NCBI GenBank assembly: GCA_049627345.1
Contig: JBMZXF010000003.1
Span: 12,719-76,718 of the forward strand
DNA: 64,000 bases
Direction: 5' to 3'
DNA from: Poseidonia sp.
GTDB lineage: Archaea > Thermoplasmatota > Poseidoniia > Poseidoniales > Poseidoniaceae
Shown: positions 1 through 10,060 of the stretch, one piece after another
How the letters are laid out: every line of letters begins with the position of its first letter
Numbering within the stretch: the first letter of the stretch is position 1
Translations under genes and position numbers: made by a program
The notes under the pieces: generated by a model
What the model was told of the DNA's origin: nothing
Database searches by the model: none
The model's input: only the letters and a program-made list of their open reading frames with translations

Positions 1-1519
1 TCAAATCGAGATCGACACCGCCCACGGCCGTGGTGTAGGCAGCAAACAAGGCCAGCGCCGTCAGGGCGGCGGAGCCAATGGCGAAGCCCTTGCCGACCGC
101 TGCCGTGGTGTTGCCGATGGAATCGAGTTCGTCGGTGATGGCGCGGACATCGTCGCCCAAGCCGGACATTTCCGCAATGCCACCGGCGTTGTCAGCAACG
201 GGGCCGTAAGCGTCCACCGTCATGGTGACGCCCACCGTGGCGAGCATGCCCATGGCGGCCATGGCGATGCAGTACAGGCCGTATGCCTCATCTCCGCCGA
301 CCGAGGAGCCAAACTTGTCGGCACCAAGGATACCCAAGGCGATCAGGAGGATGGGGATGAAGGTGGACATCATGCCCACTGAAAGCCCGGCGATGGCGTT
401 GGTAGCGGGTCCGGTCTTGGACATCTCACCGATGTGAGGAATGGCCTTGGTCTTGATTCCGAACACGGGCTCGATGCCGGTGTAGTACTCGGTGACCAGC
501 CCGATGAGAATCCCGATGACGCTACCGAGAACGACGGCGTGCATGACAGCAAAGTCAACGGCGATGAGGTCGAACTGGATGGCCCCGTAGCCGCCCGCCC
601 AGAACAGCAAGGCACCGATGAAGGTGGTGTTGCGAAGGGCTGCAGCAGGGTCGCTACCGTTCTTGAGGAAACTCATGGAAAAGACACCGATGACGGAGGC
701 GACGTAGCCGATGAGACCCAGAAGAATGGGCATCATCACGTAGTCGGGGGCGATGGTGTTGTCAAACTCGTTGGCGATGACCATGGCGGCGATGATGGAG
801 CCGACGAAGGACTCGAAGATATCCGCTCCCATGCCAGCAACGTCGCCGACGTTGTCGCCCACGTTGTCGGCGATGACACCGGGGTTGCGGGGATCGTCTT
901 CTGGAATACCGGCCTCAACCTTACCGACCAGGTCGGCACCAACGTCGGCCGCCTTGGTGTAGATGCCACCTCCAACACGAGCGAACAGAGCGATGGACGA
1001 AGCACCCATACCGAATCCGGCAGCGGCGCTGATGGGGTTCATGCCGCCGGCGGCGTCGGTCTCACCTGCTCCGAGCCAGAAGGCCACGAGGGAGATGCCG
1101 AGCAGACCGAGTCCACCAACCGAGAGCCCCATGACGGCCCCGCCGTTGTAGGACACGGCCAGCGCACCGGCTTGGCCGTCGGCTTTTGCAGCCATGGCAG
1201 TGCGGCCGTTGGCTGCGGTTGCGGCGTTCATGCCGGAGAAACCTGCACCGACCGAGGCGAGCGCGCCGAGGAAGAAGGCGATGGCCGTCTCGAGGTCGTT
1301 GAGCCCGTAGAGGAGGGCACCAACGGCCAAACAGAAGACTGCGAGCACGCGGTATTCAGCGAACAAAAACGCCATGGCACCCTTTCGGATTTCGGCCGTG
1401 ATGTCAGCGACCACGTCGTTGTCGATCTTCACTTTGTTCACTTGCTGGTAGAGCACGAACGCAATCACCAAACCAAGGGCGGCTGCGCCTGCTGAAATCA
1501 TGGCAATGTTTTCCATCAT
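1..1519 (-). CDS. hppA: Membrane-bound proton/sodium-translocating pyrophosphatase, first ~506 codons (3' end runs off the left edge)
   Basis: Absent from the ORF track because no stop lies in-window. The minus-strand frame is open from ATGATG (1519/1516) to position 2. N-terminus [35 protein letters not shown]. Near the left edge it reads [66 protein letters not shown], the hallmark V-PPase motifs. AGGTGAT box 4 nt upstream of the ATG. Confidence 0.9.
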   Translation of the reverse strand, partial: MMENIAMISAGAAALGLVIAFVLYQQVNKVKIDNDVVADITAEIRKGAMAFLFAEYRVLAVFCLAVGALLYGLNDLETAIAFFLGALASVGAGFSGMNAATAANGRTAMAAKADGQAGALAVSYNGGAVMGLSVGGLGLLGISLVAFWLGAGETDAAGGMNPISAAAGFGMGASSIALFARVGGGIYTKAADVGADLVGKVEAGIPEDDPRNPGVIADNVGDNVGDVAGMGADIFESFVGSIIAAMVIANEFDNTIAPDYVMMPILLGLIGYVASVIGVFSMSFLKNGSDPAAALRNTTFIGALLFWAGGYGAIQFDLIAVDFAVMHAVVLGSVIGILIGLVTEYYTGIEPVFGIKTKAIPHIGEMSKTGPATNAIAGLSVGMMSTFIPILLIALGILGADKFGSSVGGDEAYGLYCIAMAAMGMLATVGVTMTVDAYGPVADNAGGIAEMSGLGDDVRAITDELDSIGNTTAAVGKGFAIGSAALTALALFAAYTTAVGGVDLDL

Positions 1520-1677
1520 CAGTATCACCTGTTGCTCCGGCCACTTGGGAACCCTTCATAAGCCGTTCCCACCAAAAATGACCCTCTGTTGCAGTTTTGA
1601 TGGCCCACCTCAAGCACCGTGAAGGAGGGACTTCTCCGGGGCAATCGTTCAAAGAGGAGGAACCGCTGGTCAGGGTC

Positions 1678-2040
1678 ATGAGCATCACAGCCGAGGAAAT
1701 CCTCGCTGAGATTGGACCCGTTCAGGAGGTCTTGGATGCACACGATGGGGTGGTCAACGTCATTGACACGGCTGACGGCAACATCATGCTCTCCCTCGAC
1801 GGAGGATGCAACGGTTGTTCTTCAACGCCCATGACGGCCATGCAGATTTACTACTCGCTGAAGAAACTCGACCACGTCAACGATGTCATCTTCGTGAACG
1901 GGGAACTCCCCGAATACATGCGCACCTTCATCGACCAAAAGATGGCGAAGGAAGCCACCGAATCAGGCGGTGCCGATGGTGGGGCAGACGACAAGGGAAC
2001 GTCTGACGGAACGGGCGAGCCCCAGGGCGAAATCGTTTGA
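1678..2040 (+). CDS. NifU/Nfu-like Fe-S scaffold domain protein with acidic Gly/Asp tail
   Basis: Inside track ORF 1597..2040. I prefer ATG 1678 (MSITAEEILAEIGPVQEVLDAHDG) with AGAGGAGG upstream. LSLDGGCNGCSSTPMT matches the GxCxxC NifU C-terminal-domain signature. Confidence 0.65.
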   Translation: MSITAEEILAEIGPVQEVLDAHDGVVNVIDTADGNIMLSLDGGCNGCSSTPMTAMQIYYSLKKLDHVNDVIFVNGELPEYMRTFIDQKMAKEATESGGADGGADDKGTSDGTGEPQGEIV

Positions 2041-2370
2041 TCACTCTTCTTCTCGCATTCGACCGATGCTGTGAGGGTTGGCACCGAACGAGACGTTCTC
2101 GCCCTTGATGTTCATGCGGGCCGAAATGGCGAGGATGATGCAGAACAGCGCCAGCGGACGCGGGATGTAGTCCGAGCCCCACAACTCACCTCCCACGCTG
2201 GGCAGGAACCACAGCACGGCAGCAGCAGCGATGAGCAAGAAGAAAATGATGTTCTGAACCACGGCCTCAGCCTTTGGTGAACGGGAAAAGGTCGCAATGA
2301 AGGTGAACAAGACGGCCGAGGAAGCGCACAGCACCTCAGCAAGCAGTTCGACCGCTTGCCCGTCCACCAT
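2041..2370 (-). CDS. Hypothetical small membrane protein (about 3 TM helices)
   Basis: 109-aa ORF with hydrophobic stretches (SSAVLFTFIATF, IIFFLLIAAAAVLWFL, LALFCIILAISA). No family recognised. Abuts the NifU-like gene stop-to-stop (TGATCA). Confidence 0.4.
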   Translation of the reverse strand: MVDGQAVELLAEVLCASSAVLFTFIATFSRSPKAEAVVQNIIFFLLIAAAAVLWFLPSVGGELWGSDYIPRPLALFCIILAISARMNIKGENVSFGANPHSIGRMREEE

Positions 2371-2449
2371 GCTTCGTCCAACCCCCCCGCATTCTTGAAC
2401 ATGGGGGCCCGAGCGAACCTTTGTGTAGGGTCCTGCGTCTCTTCAGATT

Positions 2450-4390
2450 ATGGCAGGCGGCAGTTTTGCTCTTCCCAAACCGCGCCCCAACGGGCCGCCG
2501 TTTTTCTCTCGCAACCAAGTGGCGAATGTCCTCCATCAAGTGGCGGTCTTGCTTGAACTGCAAGGAGCCAACGTCTTCCGAGTTCGCTCCTACCAAAACG
2601 CCAGCCGCATGCTCGGGAGTTTGACCGAAGACCTCGGGGAACTGGTGGCCAGCGGTGAAATCTTCAACATGAAAGGCATTGGAAAAGGCCTTGGCAGCGC
2701 CCTCACTCAAGCCATCTCGGAGGGACGCTGGCCCGACGATTGGGTGGACCTCCATACGAGCACGCCCCCGGGACTCATCGAAATGCTGGGCATCCCGGGT
2801 TTGGGCCCGAAGCGCATCAAGCTCATGGCTGACGAACTCGGGGTGGACTCGGTCGCCAGCCTCAAAGAAGCCGCTCTCAACAACCAAATCGCCCCCATGA
2901 AAGGGTTCGGGGCCAAATCACAACAGCGCATGCTGGACGGCATCGAACTGCTTTCGAGGTTCAGGGCCCGCCGTCGTCTGGACATCGGTTTGCGATATGG
3001 AGAGGCCTTTCAGCGCAAAATCGCCGCCCTCGACGGCGTGCACCGGGCCACCCTTGCCGGCAGTGCACGACGGCGAAAAGACACGATTGGCGACCTTGAC
3101 GTCGTGGTGGCGGTGGATGAAGCCGACCACGAATCGGTGGCCAACGCCATCCTCAATTTGCCCGGCATCGCTGATGTCAAAGGCGCAGGCGATTCAAAGA
3201 TCAGCCTCATCCTCGACACGACCATTTTCGATGACTCGTTCACGGTCGGCCACATTGACGCCAACGTGCTGGACGCCATCGGCGGTGACGATTACGAACA
3301 GTTGGAGGCCGGCGGCACCATCGACGCCCAGGTCCGTCTTGTTCCACGACACGTTGAACCCTTCACGCTGGCGTACTTCACCGGCAGCAAGGAGCACAAC
3401 ATCGCCATGCGCCAGCGCGCCATCGACCGTGGCCTGCGCCTGAACGAGTTTGGGTTGATTCCCGAGGCAAAAGCCGGGGAACTCAAGGGCATGGAGGCTG
3501 CAGCCTTTTCCCTTGAAGCCGTGGACGAAGCCGCCATTTACGCCCACCTCGACCTGGCCTATGTTCCGCCCGAACTGCGCGAAGACATGGGCGAAGTGCA
3601 AGCCGCTCACGACGGTACGCTCCCCCACCTCATTGAAACCAGCCACATCAAGGGCGCCCTCCACAACCACACCACACTCTCGGACGGTGAGGCGAGTTTG
3701 GAGGTCATGGCGGACACGGCCCGCAAGATGGGATGGAACTGGCTCGGCATTGCCGACCACTCCCCCACGCTCAAAATTGCCAACGGTGCGAGTGCAGACG
3801 ACCTGCTTGAGCAGGGTCGTACCATCAAGGCCTACAACGCTGCGTGGGCCGAGGAAGGCACGGATTTCCGTCTGTTCCACGGCGTGGAATCCGACATTTT
3901 GGAAGGCGGTAAACTGGACCATCCCGACGACGTGTTGTCCGAACTGGACTACGTGGTGGCCAGCGTTCACGCCATGACCAAGTGGCGAGGGCGGGACGAG
4001 TTGGAGAACACCGAGGAACTCATGCGTGTCATCGACCACCCCGCCACCACCGTGCTGGGCCACCCCACCGGACGCATCCTCCAGGGACGAGAAGGCTACG
4101 AAGTGGACTTGTTTGCCGTGCTTGAACACATGGCGGAACACAACGACGAGGGACGACTCAAGGCCATTGAACTCAACGCCAGCCCCTACCGGCTCGACCT
4201 CGACTGGCGCCTGTGCAAGCACGCAAAAGGTCTCGGCGTCCCCGTGGCCATCAACCCCGATGCACACTCCGTTCGAGGCCTCAGCGACATCGCCTACGGC
4301 GTGATGACGGCGCGCAAGGGCTGGATTGAGCCGGTTGACACCCTGAATTCACTCACAGGAGAAGAACTGGCCCAACGCATGAGGCTGTGA
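2450..4390 (+). CDS. polX: Family X DNA polymerase with C-terminal PHP phosphoesterase domain
   Basis: N-terminal helix-hairpin-helix region (ANVFRVRSYQNASRML, GIPGLGPKRIKL). Pol-beta catalytic motif GSARRRKDTIGDLDVVVAV. PHP motifs HNHTTLSDGEASLE and GIADHSP. Confidence 0.9.
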   Translation: MAGGSFALPKPRPNGPPFFSRNQVANVLHQVAVLLELQGANVFRVRSYQNASRMLGSLTEDLGELVASGEIFNMKGIGKGLGSALTQAISEGRWPDDWVDLHTSTPPGLIEMLGIPGLGPKRIKLMADELGVDSVASLKEAALNNQIAPMKGFGAKSQQRMLDGIELLSRFRARRRLDIGLRYGEAFQRKIAALDGVHRATLAGSARRRKDTIGDLDVVVAVDEADHESVANAILNLPGIADVKGAGDSKISLILDTTIFDDSFTVGHIDANVLDAIGGDDYEQLEAGGTIDAQVRLVPRHVEPFTLAYFTGSKEHNIAMRQRAIDRGLRLNEFGLIPEAKAGELKGMEAAAFSLEAVDEAAIYAHLDLAYVPPELREDMGEVQAAHDGTLPHLIETSHIKGALHNHTTLSDGEASLEVMADTARKMGWNWLGIADHSPTLKIANGASADDLLEQGRTIKAYNAAWAEEGTDFRLFHGVESDILEGGKLDHPDDVLSELDYVVASVHAMTKWRGRDELENTEELMRVIDHPATTVLGHPTGRILQGREGYEVDLFAVLEHMAEHNDEGRLKAIELNASPYRLDLDWRLCKHAKGLGVPVAINPDAHSVRGLSDIAYGVMTARKGWIEPVDTLNSLTGEELAQRMRL

Positions 4391-4433
4391 AGGCAAAGCA
4401 CACCTTCTTGACTCCCGGCCCTGTCCTCACACC

Positions 4434-4643
4434 ATGCGCACCCTTCGAACCATCATCATGGGCAGCATGATGATCTTCCCTGGTTTGCTGCTCGCCCTCA
4501 TCGTGTGGTACATCTCGGGCAAACCGGAAAGCGAGCCGTGGGAGACGCTGATTTGCAACGGCATTCCGTTCATCTCCATCGTGATGGGCCTCTTCTTTGG
4601 CTGGCAAACGGGCGAAGAATACAGCGCAACCTACGAAGGGTGA
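4434..4643 (+). CDS. Hypothetical 69-aa two-helix membrane protein
   Basis: MRTLRTIIMGSMMIFPGLLLALIVWYISG...GIPFISIVMGLFFGW. Sits between polX and nth on the same strand. No family recognised. Confidence 0.4.
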   Translation: MRTLRTIIMGSMMIFPGLLLALIVWYISGKPESEPWETLICNGIPFISIVMGLFFGWQTGEEYSATYEG

Positions 4644-4651
4644 GTGGTGTC

Positions 4652-5302
4652 GTGAAGCGCCAAGACAAGGCTGACATCATCGCCGGTCAGTTGGAGGAAC
4701 TCTACCCCGTCATCCCGATTCCGCTGGACCACTCCAACGCCTTTGAGCTGCTGGTCGCCGTGCTGATGAGCGCCCAAACCACCGATCTCAAGGTCAACGA
4801 GGTGACGCCAGCCCTGTTCGCCAAAGCCAGTTCCGCTGCCGCCATGGCTGAACTGGAAGTTGAAACCATCCTCGCCGACATCCGACAGGTCGGCCTCGCA
4901 CCCACGAAGGCGAAGAACATCAAGCGACTTTCAGAAATGCTGGTTGAGCGACACGACGGCGAAGTCCCCGCGTCGTTTGAGGCCCTTGAAGCGCTCCCAG
5001 GCGTGGGCCACAAAACGGCCTCGGTGGTCATGGCCCAGGCCTTTGACGTCCCGGCGTTTCCCGTCGACACCCACATCCATCGCCTCGCGGCCCGCTGGGG
5101 TCTCTCCAACGGCACCACGGTGGAGAAAACCGAGAAGGACCTCAAGGCGGTGTTTCCTCGGGAAAAGTGGAACGACCTCCACCTGCAAATCATCTTCTTT
5201 GGGCGGGAACACTGCCCTGCTCGCTACCACGACTTGACGACCTGCCCCATCTGTTCGTGGGCGGCGACCAAGAAGCGCATCCGAGAGGAAATGAAGCGTT
5301 GA
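4652..5302 (+). CDS. nth: Endonuclease III (DNA glycosylase/AP lyase)
   Basis: LVAVLMSAQTTDLKVNEVTPALF, HhH-GPD region LEALPGVGHKTASVVM, and a C-terminal Fe-S Cys cluster (CPARYHDLTTCPICSWA). The track ORF starts at 4505 but overlaps the 69-aa ORF. GTG at 4652 (or 4640) gives a normal ~216-aa protein. Confidence 0.85.
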   Translation: MKRQDKADIIAGQLEELYPVIPIPLDHSNAFELLVAVLMSAQTTDLKVNEVTPALFAKASSAAAMAELEVETILADIRQVGLAPTKAKNIKRLSEMLVERHDGEVPASFEALEALPGVGHKTASVVMAQAFDVPAFPVDTHIHRLAARWGLSNGTTVEKTEKDLKAVFPREKWNDLHLQIIFFGREHCPARYHDLTTCPICSWAATKKRIREEMKR

Positions 5303-5305
5303 GCC

Positions 5306-5737
5306 TCAGAAGAGTGAGAAGCCGCGACCCACGATGCTGGTGACCATGACCACACCGGCCAGCATCATCGTGATGCGGACGGCGACGTGCTGGTCAGCGT
5401 CTTCCTGCGATTCACGGAAAAAGGCGTAGCCGAGTAAAACGATGGCACCGGTTTGAAGAATGACTGAAACCGCTCCGAACAGCGCCACTTGTCCCTCGTA
5501 ACTGTCGACGTCGTCGAGGTATTGCTGGGCCTCCTTCTCATCGAGCAGGTCGTAATCTGCAGCGTTTGGAACCGAGGAGTCCAAGGGGAACTGGGCGAAG
5601 GTGGCCGAAATCACGAGCATGATCATGCCGATCATCAGCCACTTCTGGAAGGTGTACATGCTCCCCTTGGCCATGGTCGCGGCCGGTGGCTGATAGGGAG
5701 AGGCGGCGGCTGGAGGAGGCGGGAGCGGGGCTTGCAT
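5306..5737 (-). CDS. Hypothetical membrane protein with proline-rich N-terminus, last gene of the archaellum-strand block
   Basis: Track ORF 5306..5851 overlaps the arlJ 3' end. Internal ATG 5737 gives MQAPLPPPPAAASPYQPPAATMAKGSMYTFQKWLMIGMIMLVISATF plus two further hydrophobic helices. No family recognised. Confidence 0.5.
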   Translation of the reverse strand: MQAPLPPPPAAASPYQPPAATMAKGSMYTFQKWLMIGMIMLVISATFAQFPLDSSVPNAADYDLLDEKEAQQYLDDVDSYEGQVALFGAVSVILQTGAIVLLGYAFFRESQEDADQHVAVRITMMLAGVVMVTSIVGRGFSLF

Positions 5738-5778
5738 GACTCTGATTTCGTCAGCAGGAGTATCAATGTTCCCAAGCC

Positions 5779-7581
5779 TTAGACACTGAAGATGCTGCTT
5801 GCTTGGTCGAGGACGATGGCTGTGAACAACGAGGCCAGCCCCGCAACCCATGTCAGTTGGATCATTTGACCCACAGCGCTCGTTCGCGTCCCGCCTCGAA
5901 GCCTTGTGGCAATGGACGATACGGTGATCACTTGCATCAAAATGAGCAAGGAGATGATGATTTTGAACATCCGAATGTTGTCCTCAACCGACGATGCGTC
6001 TTCCATGACAGGCAGCGCAATACCGCCCGAGAATTCCGAGAGCGTACCCACATCGGTGTCGACCAAACCGGAGGCCACGCCAGCGATGGCTTCACCGAGC
6101 TGGAGCACGATGGCGGTGGTGACGTTAAGCGAGGCGACACTGGAGATCAGCAGGCCGAGGGCGACACCCCACATCGTGTTGGCCGAAAGGGAACGGCGGT
6201 TGCGCAACGAAAGGAGATTACCAACGCTCCTCGAGACCATTTCAGCGGTCTCGGCCGGCTGGCCAGAGGATTGCGAACCCTCGATGTAAATGCGGGTGTA
6301 GCGAGAGATGACCGCCGAGTTGGTGTCGGCGGTGAAGTAATCCCATGCTCGGTCGGAGTCGATGCGGGTGGAGAGACGCTTTTCCAGGCGGTCAATGGAA
6401 TTGTCGAGCATACCGAAATCAATGCCCCGAAGGGCTTTGATGGTGGCAGACGGTTCGGCTGAACGCGCCTGGGCCGTTCCACCGAGCGCACGAATGAAAT
6501 CGGGATAGGTGTCATCACGGCGTTGAATCTGATTTTCCTCGCGCCGAACCATGAACGCCGGGATGAGCAGGGGGGAAAAGGGGAGTGCAATGAACAGCAA
6601 GCCGTACTTGTCCCATTCCGTCGTGATGATGTCCCACGTCCAAATCAGTGTCAGGGTGGACAACACGACCAACCCCGCAGCGATGGCGCCGGACAACAGG
6701 AGGGAGCGACGAAAGTTGATTCGGAACGGGGTTTCCATTTCGTCCCTCGCAAAGGTTGCATCCTTGGGAATCGTCGCCCGGAAGGCGAACACGGCGGCCA
6801 GTTGAATAAACACAAACACCAAGGAAGCAAGCAACAGGAAACGCAGGCGACTCGCTACCTCGATGGGCGTATCGTTGGCACTGCCAACTTCAAACAGCAC
6901 CAAGTGGATACCGGCGATGACCAAACCGAACAGCCCCGCCGTGTTCAGTGAGACATAGATTTCTTTGAGCGTGTCAACGGATTCCAAGCGAGTGTCGTAG
7001 AGCGTGTTGTACTGCTCGGCGACGGTTTCTTGCTCTGAGCGCATGAATTCGTCAATGGGTTGACCGGCCTCAATGGAGAAGGCCATGCGGTCGAGAAAAT
7101 CCGACCACAGCGGACTCGGACTTTGGTGAGCGACAATTCGCGCAGCCTCCGGGAGCGACGTGTTCCACTTGTCGACCAAGGTTTCGATGCGTTTGACCTC
7201 AGAAGCCAACTCCCCGTAGTCTCGCATTTGCTTGAGGATGTCAAAGATGGACTGAGCCCCGACTTCACCGATGGACAAAATGCCCATGCGCGTGATGAAC
7301 ATGTGCATCTCTTCTTCAATCAGCGTGGCCGAACGCTGGACATCGAGAACGGGAAAGGCCACCGCTGCGAGGGCCGACATGGTCGACAGCAGGATGACAA
7401 AGAGGATGCCGGTAAAGCCCGCAAACAAGGCCCCTTCTGCCAGTCCACCGGTCAAAAAGACGATGACGATCGCCAAAAGAAAGGTCACTGCCACAATGGG
7501 AGCGACGTACAGCGTGAGAAACCTGGGAACCGGCATCTCCAGACGACGAAGGGCAATTTGCCAAATTGGCATGCGCTCCAT
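5779..7581 (-). CDS. arlJ: Archaellum polytopic membrane platform protein ArlJ (FlaJ), GspF/TadC-like
   Basis: 600 aa, many TM helices with two cytoplasmic helical T2SS-F-like domains (e.g. MHMFITRMGILSIGEVGAQSIFDILKQM). Starts 12 nt after the arlI stop, the canonical last position of arl operons. Confidence 0.85.
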   Translation of the reverse strand: MERMPIWQIALRRLEMPVPRFLTLYVAPIVAVTFLLAIVIVFLTGGLAEGALFAGFTGILFVILLSTMSALAAVAFPVLDVQRSATLIEEEMHMFITRMGILSIGEVGAQSIFDILKQMRDYGELASEVKRIETLVDKWNTSLPEAARIVAHQSPSPLWSDFLDRMAFSIEAGQPIDEFMRSEQETVAEQYNTLYDTRLESVDTLKEIYVSLNTAGLFGLVIAGIHLVLFEVGSANDTPIEVASRLRFLLLASLVFVFIQLAAVFAFRATIPKDATFARDEMETPFRINFRRSLLLSGAIAAGLVVLSTLTLIWTWDIITTEWDKYGLLFIALPFSPLLIPAFMVRREENQIQRRDDTYPDFIRALGGTAQARSAEPSATIKALRGIDFGMLDNSIDRLEKRLSTRIDSDRAWDYFTADTNSAVISRYTRIYIEGSQSSGQPAETAEMVSRSVGNLLSLRNRRSLSANTMWGVALGLLISSVASLNVTTAIVLQLGEAIAGVASGLVDTDVGTLSEFSGGIALPVMEDASSVEDNIRMFKIIISLLILMQVITVSSIATRLRGGTRTSAVGQMIQLTWVAGLASLFTAIVLDQASSIFSV

Positions 7582-7593
7582 GTCTCATCATCC

Positions 7594-9309
7594 TCAGTTG
7601 TGGTTGACCCCGACCCAGGTGTCGATGGCTCGGCTAAAGTGGTCCCAACCGTTGGAGTAGTACAAACCGAGAAGGTCGAACACGTCGTCGTAATGGGTCA
7701 AATCACGGTCGGCCATGCGCTGGATGGCATCGGCTCGGCGAAGCATTTCGTCGTAGATGTCACGCTTATTGGCAAAACCTGCCATGGCCGCAATCTTGTT
7801 TTCAAGCAGGTGAGACTGGAACATACCACGGAAGTAGTGCTTGTCCTTGACCGGGTCCCATTCGAACATGCCACGGGTCAGCACACCGTCGCTGTGTTTG
7901 TTGTAGCCGATGACTTCGTCAATACCAGTGACACGTCGGGCAATACCGCCACCGGGCGCCTCAACGACTTCCTGGAAAATGGCGAAGTTTAGGTTGTCAA
8001 AGAAACGAATCGGGACGTTGATCGGATCACCGGTGAACCGTTGAATCATCTTGACGATGGACGAGGCGTGGAAGGTAGCGATGACCGGGTGGCCCGTTTG
8101 CATGGCTTGGAAAGCGGTTGCACCCTCCACACCACGGATTTCACCGATGATGATGTAGCGTGGACGGCTACGCAAAGCGGCTTTGAGCAGGTCGAACATC
8201 TCGACACGGGAATCTTCGTTCTTGGCGTCACGGGTGACAAGGCGCTGCCAAATCTTGTGGCGCACCTTCACTTCAGGCGTATCTTCTGCTGAGTAAATCT
8301 TCACGTTGTGGTCGATGAACGGGAGAATGGCATTGAGCGTCGTGGTTTTTCCCGACGCAGTTTCTCCCGACACCAGCACCGACATGCCGTATTCGAGGCA
8401 GATCCAAATGTACGCCGCTTGCTGTGCCGACATGGTGCCCCATTTGATGAGTTGAATGACCGAGATGGTTTCTTCAGCGAATTTACGGATGGTGAACGAG
8501 GGCCCGAGCATGGAGACGTCGTCGGAGAAGATGATGTTGATACGCGAACCGTCGAGCAGGACACCGTCGATGATGGGTTTGTTGTCCGACACCGGTCGGC
8601 CGATTCGTTCCGACATGGCACGCAAATAGCGAGAGAGCAATTCCCGTTCACGGAACCGAATGTTGGAGGTGACCATCCCGAACACCTTGTGGTCCATGTG
8701 AATGTGTTTCAGCCCGACCGAGTGAATGTCTTCCAGCATTTCGTCGGACAGCAAAGGCTCCAGTGGCCCGTTTCGAATCAAATCTCGAATCACGACGTAG
8801 GTTAATCGTTCCCGTTGGGCTTGGGTCACGGTCAACCGTTTGTCGTCCATGCCGATGAGTTCCCACATGCGTCCTTGACGACGGACCAGGTTGTTTGCCT
8901 CGCTGTCAAGAATGGTGTACCGCTCAATCATTTGTTGAAGGATGTTCTCAAATTCGTTGTCGGTCGTGAACGAAGGGGCGGTGGGGGCTTCCTGAAGCAG
9001 TGTCTCGACGAGTTCACGTCGAATGTTTTCCTCCTCCTCCGTGAGTTGAGGCTCGAGGCCGAACCACAGGATGGTGCCACCGCCGTCGTCGTCGGCTGGA
9101 GGCTCGTAGATGTGGACGAAGATGGGTTCGCGGGTGACATAGATCAGGTTGAGCGGTCGTTGTTTCTTGGCGTCCCGGTCCAGTGGCCCGTAGTAGATGG
9201 GGCGAGAACCGTAGCGCATCTCGAAGTCGCGAACCCATTCCGCCACGTGTGGGTAGGCCGCCATGACGCCGTTGAGGTCGCCTTTTGCGAAACGTGGTTC
9301 GTCACTCAT
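7594..9309 (-). CDS. arlI: Archaellum motor ATPase ArlI (FlaI), type II/IV secretion ATPase family
   Basis: Walker A in VLVSGETASGKTTTLNAILPF. RSRPRYIIIGEIRGVEGATAFQAMQTGH matches the Walker B/His-box region of VirB11/GspE-type ATPases. GAGGAGGGAG box upstream. Confidence 0.92.
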   Translation of the reverse strand: MSDEPRFAKGDLNGVMAAYPHVAEWVRDFEMRYGSRPIYYGPLDRDAKKQRPLNLIYVTREPIFVHIYEPPADDDGGGTILWFGLEPQLTEEEENIRRELVETLLQEAPTAPSFTTDNEFENILQQMIERYTILDSEANNLVRRQGRMWELIGMDDKRLTVTQAQRERLTYVVIRDLIRNGPLEPLLSDEMLEDIHSVGLKHIHMDHKVFGMVTSNIRFRERELLSRYLRAMSERIGRPVSDNKPIIDGVLLDGSRINIIFSDDVSMLGPSFTIRKFAEETISVIQLIKWGTMSAQQAAYIWICLEYGMSVLVSGETASGKTTTLNAILPFIDHNVKIYSAEDTPEVKVRHKIWQRLVTRDAKNEDSRVEMFDLLKAALRSRPRYIIIGEIRGVEGATAFQAMQTGHPVIATFHASSIVKMIQRFTGDPINVPIRFFDNLNFAIFQEVVEAPGGGIARRVTGIDEVIGYNKHSDGVLTRGMFEWDPVKDKHYFRGMFQSHLLENKIAAMAGFANKRDIYDEMLRRADAIQRMADRDLTHYDDVFDLLGLYYSNGWDHFSRAIDTWVGVNHN

Positions 9310-9322
9310 GCATGCTCCCTCC

Positions 9323-10060
9323 TCAGCTCACCGCCGTGATGTCGACGATGAAGCCCATGCCGGGCTCAACACGCCAACCGATGGACGTTTGAATCGGCCC
9401 TGCTGCACGAAGGAACCGTGTGATGATGATGTTGCGCTTCAACTCGCCACCGATCATGGCGTTATCCAGATCGAGAACGACCTCAGCAGAGGCCCGCAAG
9501 GTATGCAGCAGTGAATGGTCCATTTCTTCCGGGTCAGCACACAGCATGAACGAGCGTCCGTCTGAAGCGAGTTTGCGAAGTTGTTGGATCAGACTGTAGT
9601 GGTCCGCTTTTGTTCCACCTTCCGGCATCAAGGAACTCGCAGAATCCAACACGATGACATCGGCCGCCGGGATGGCTGGGCTGCTGAGCACTTCTTGCAG
9701 CGACACGTCTTGACGGGCCTCCGCCACCGTGCCGTAGCGACTGAGCACCATGACGCGGCCTTCTCGAATGGCGTCGGTCATGCCGTAGCCGATGCTCTCC
9801 ATCTGTTCGATCCATCCACGTGTCGTGAGTTCGGTCGTGATAACGAGCACCTTGACCCCGTTGTCGACCATGCCGTGAATGAGGCGCTGGGCGATGAGGG
9901 ATTTTCCCGCACCGACCTTGCCCTGAAGCAAGTAGAGCGAGCGGTTGGGGAGACGTAGTCCCATCGAGTCCGCCAACGAGTCGGTTTCAACCTCGAAGGG
10001 GAAGCCGTCCTCTACGGGCTTATGAGCCGTCATGAAGGGGTTTTCATCAGGAGAAAGCAT
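9323..10060 (-). CDS. arlH: Archaellum KaiC/RecA-like ATP-binding protein ArlH (FlaH)
   Basis: LLQGKVGAGKSLIAQRLIHG Walker A, about 245 aa. Position between arlG and arlI. GGAGGTGA box 6 nt upstream of the ATG. Overlaps the arlG 3' end by 14 nt. Confidence 0.85.
   Translation of the reverse strand: MLSPDENPFMTAHKPVEDGFPFEVETDSLADSMGLRLPNRSLYLLQGKVGAGKSLIAQRLIHGMVDNGVKVLVITTELTTRGWIEQMESIGYGMTDAIREGRVMVLSRYGTVAEARQDVSLQEVLSSPAIPAADVIVLDSASSLMPEGGTKADHYSLIQQLRKLASDGRSFMLCADPEEMDHSLLHTLRASAEVVLDLDNAMIGGELKRNIIITRFLRAAGPIQTSIGWRVEPGMGFIVDITAVS

Noticed and set aside
434-1495. 353-aa plus-strand ORF (Gly/Asp/His/Val-rich)
   Set aside because: It is an antisense shadow of hppA. The opposite strand carries unmistakable V-PPase motifs, and this frame has low-complexity composition with no recognisable motif.
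3194-4267. 357-aa minus-strand ORF inside polX
   Set aside because: It lies antisense to a gene with clear PolX and PHP motifs. Its composition (V/G/H/A runs) is typical of shadow frames in GC-rich DNA.
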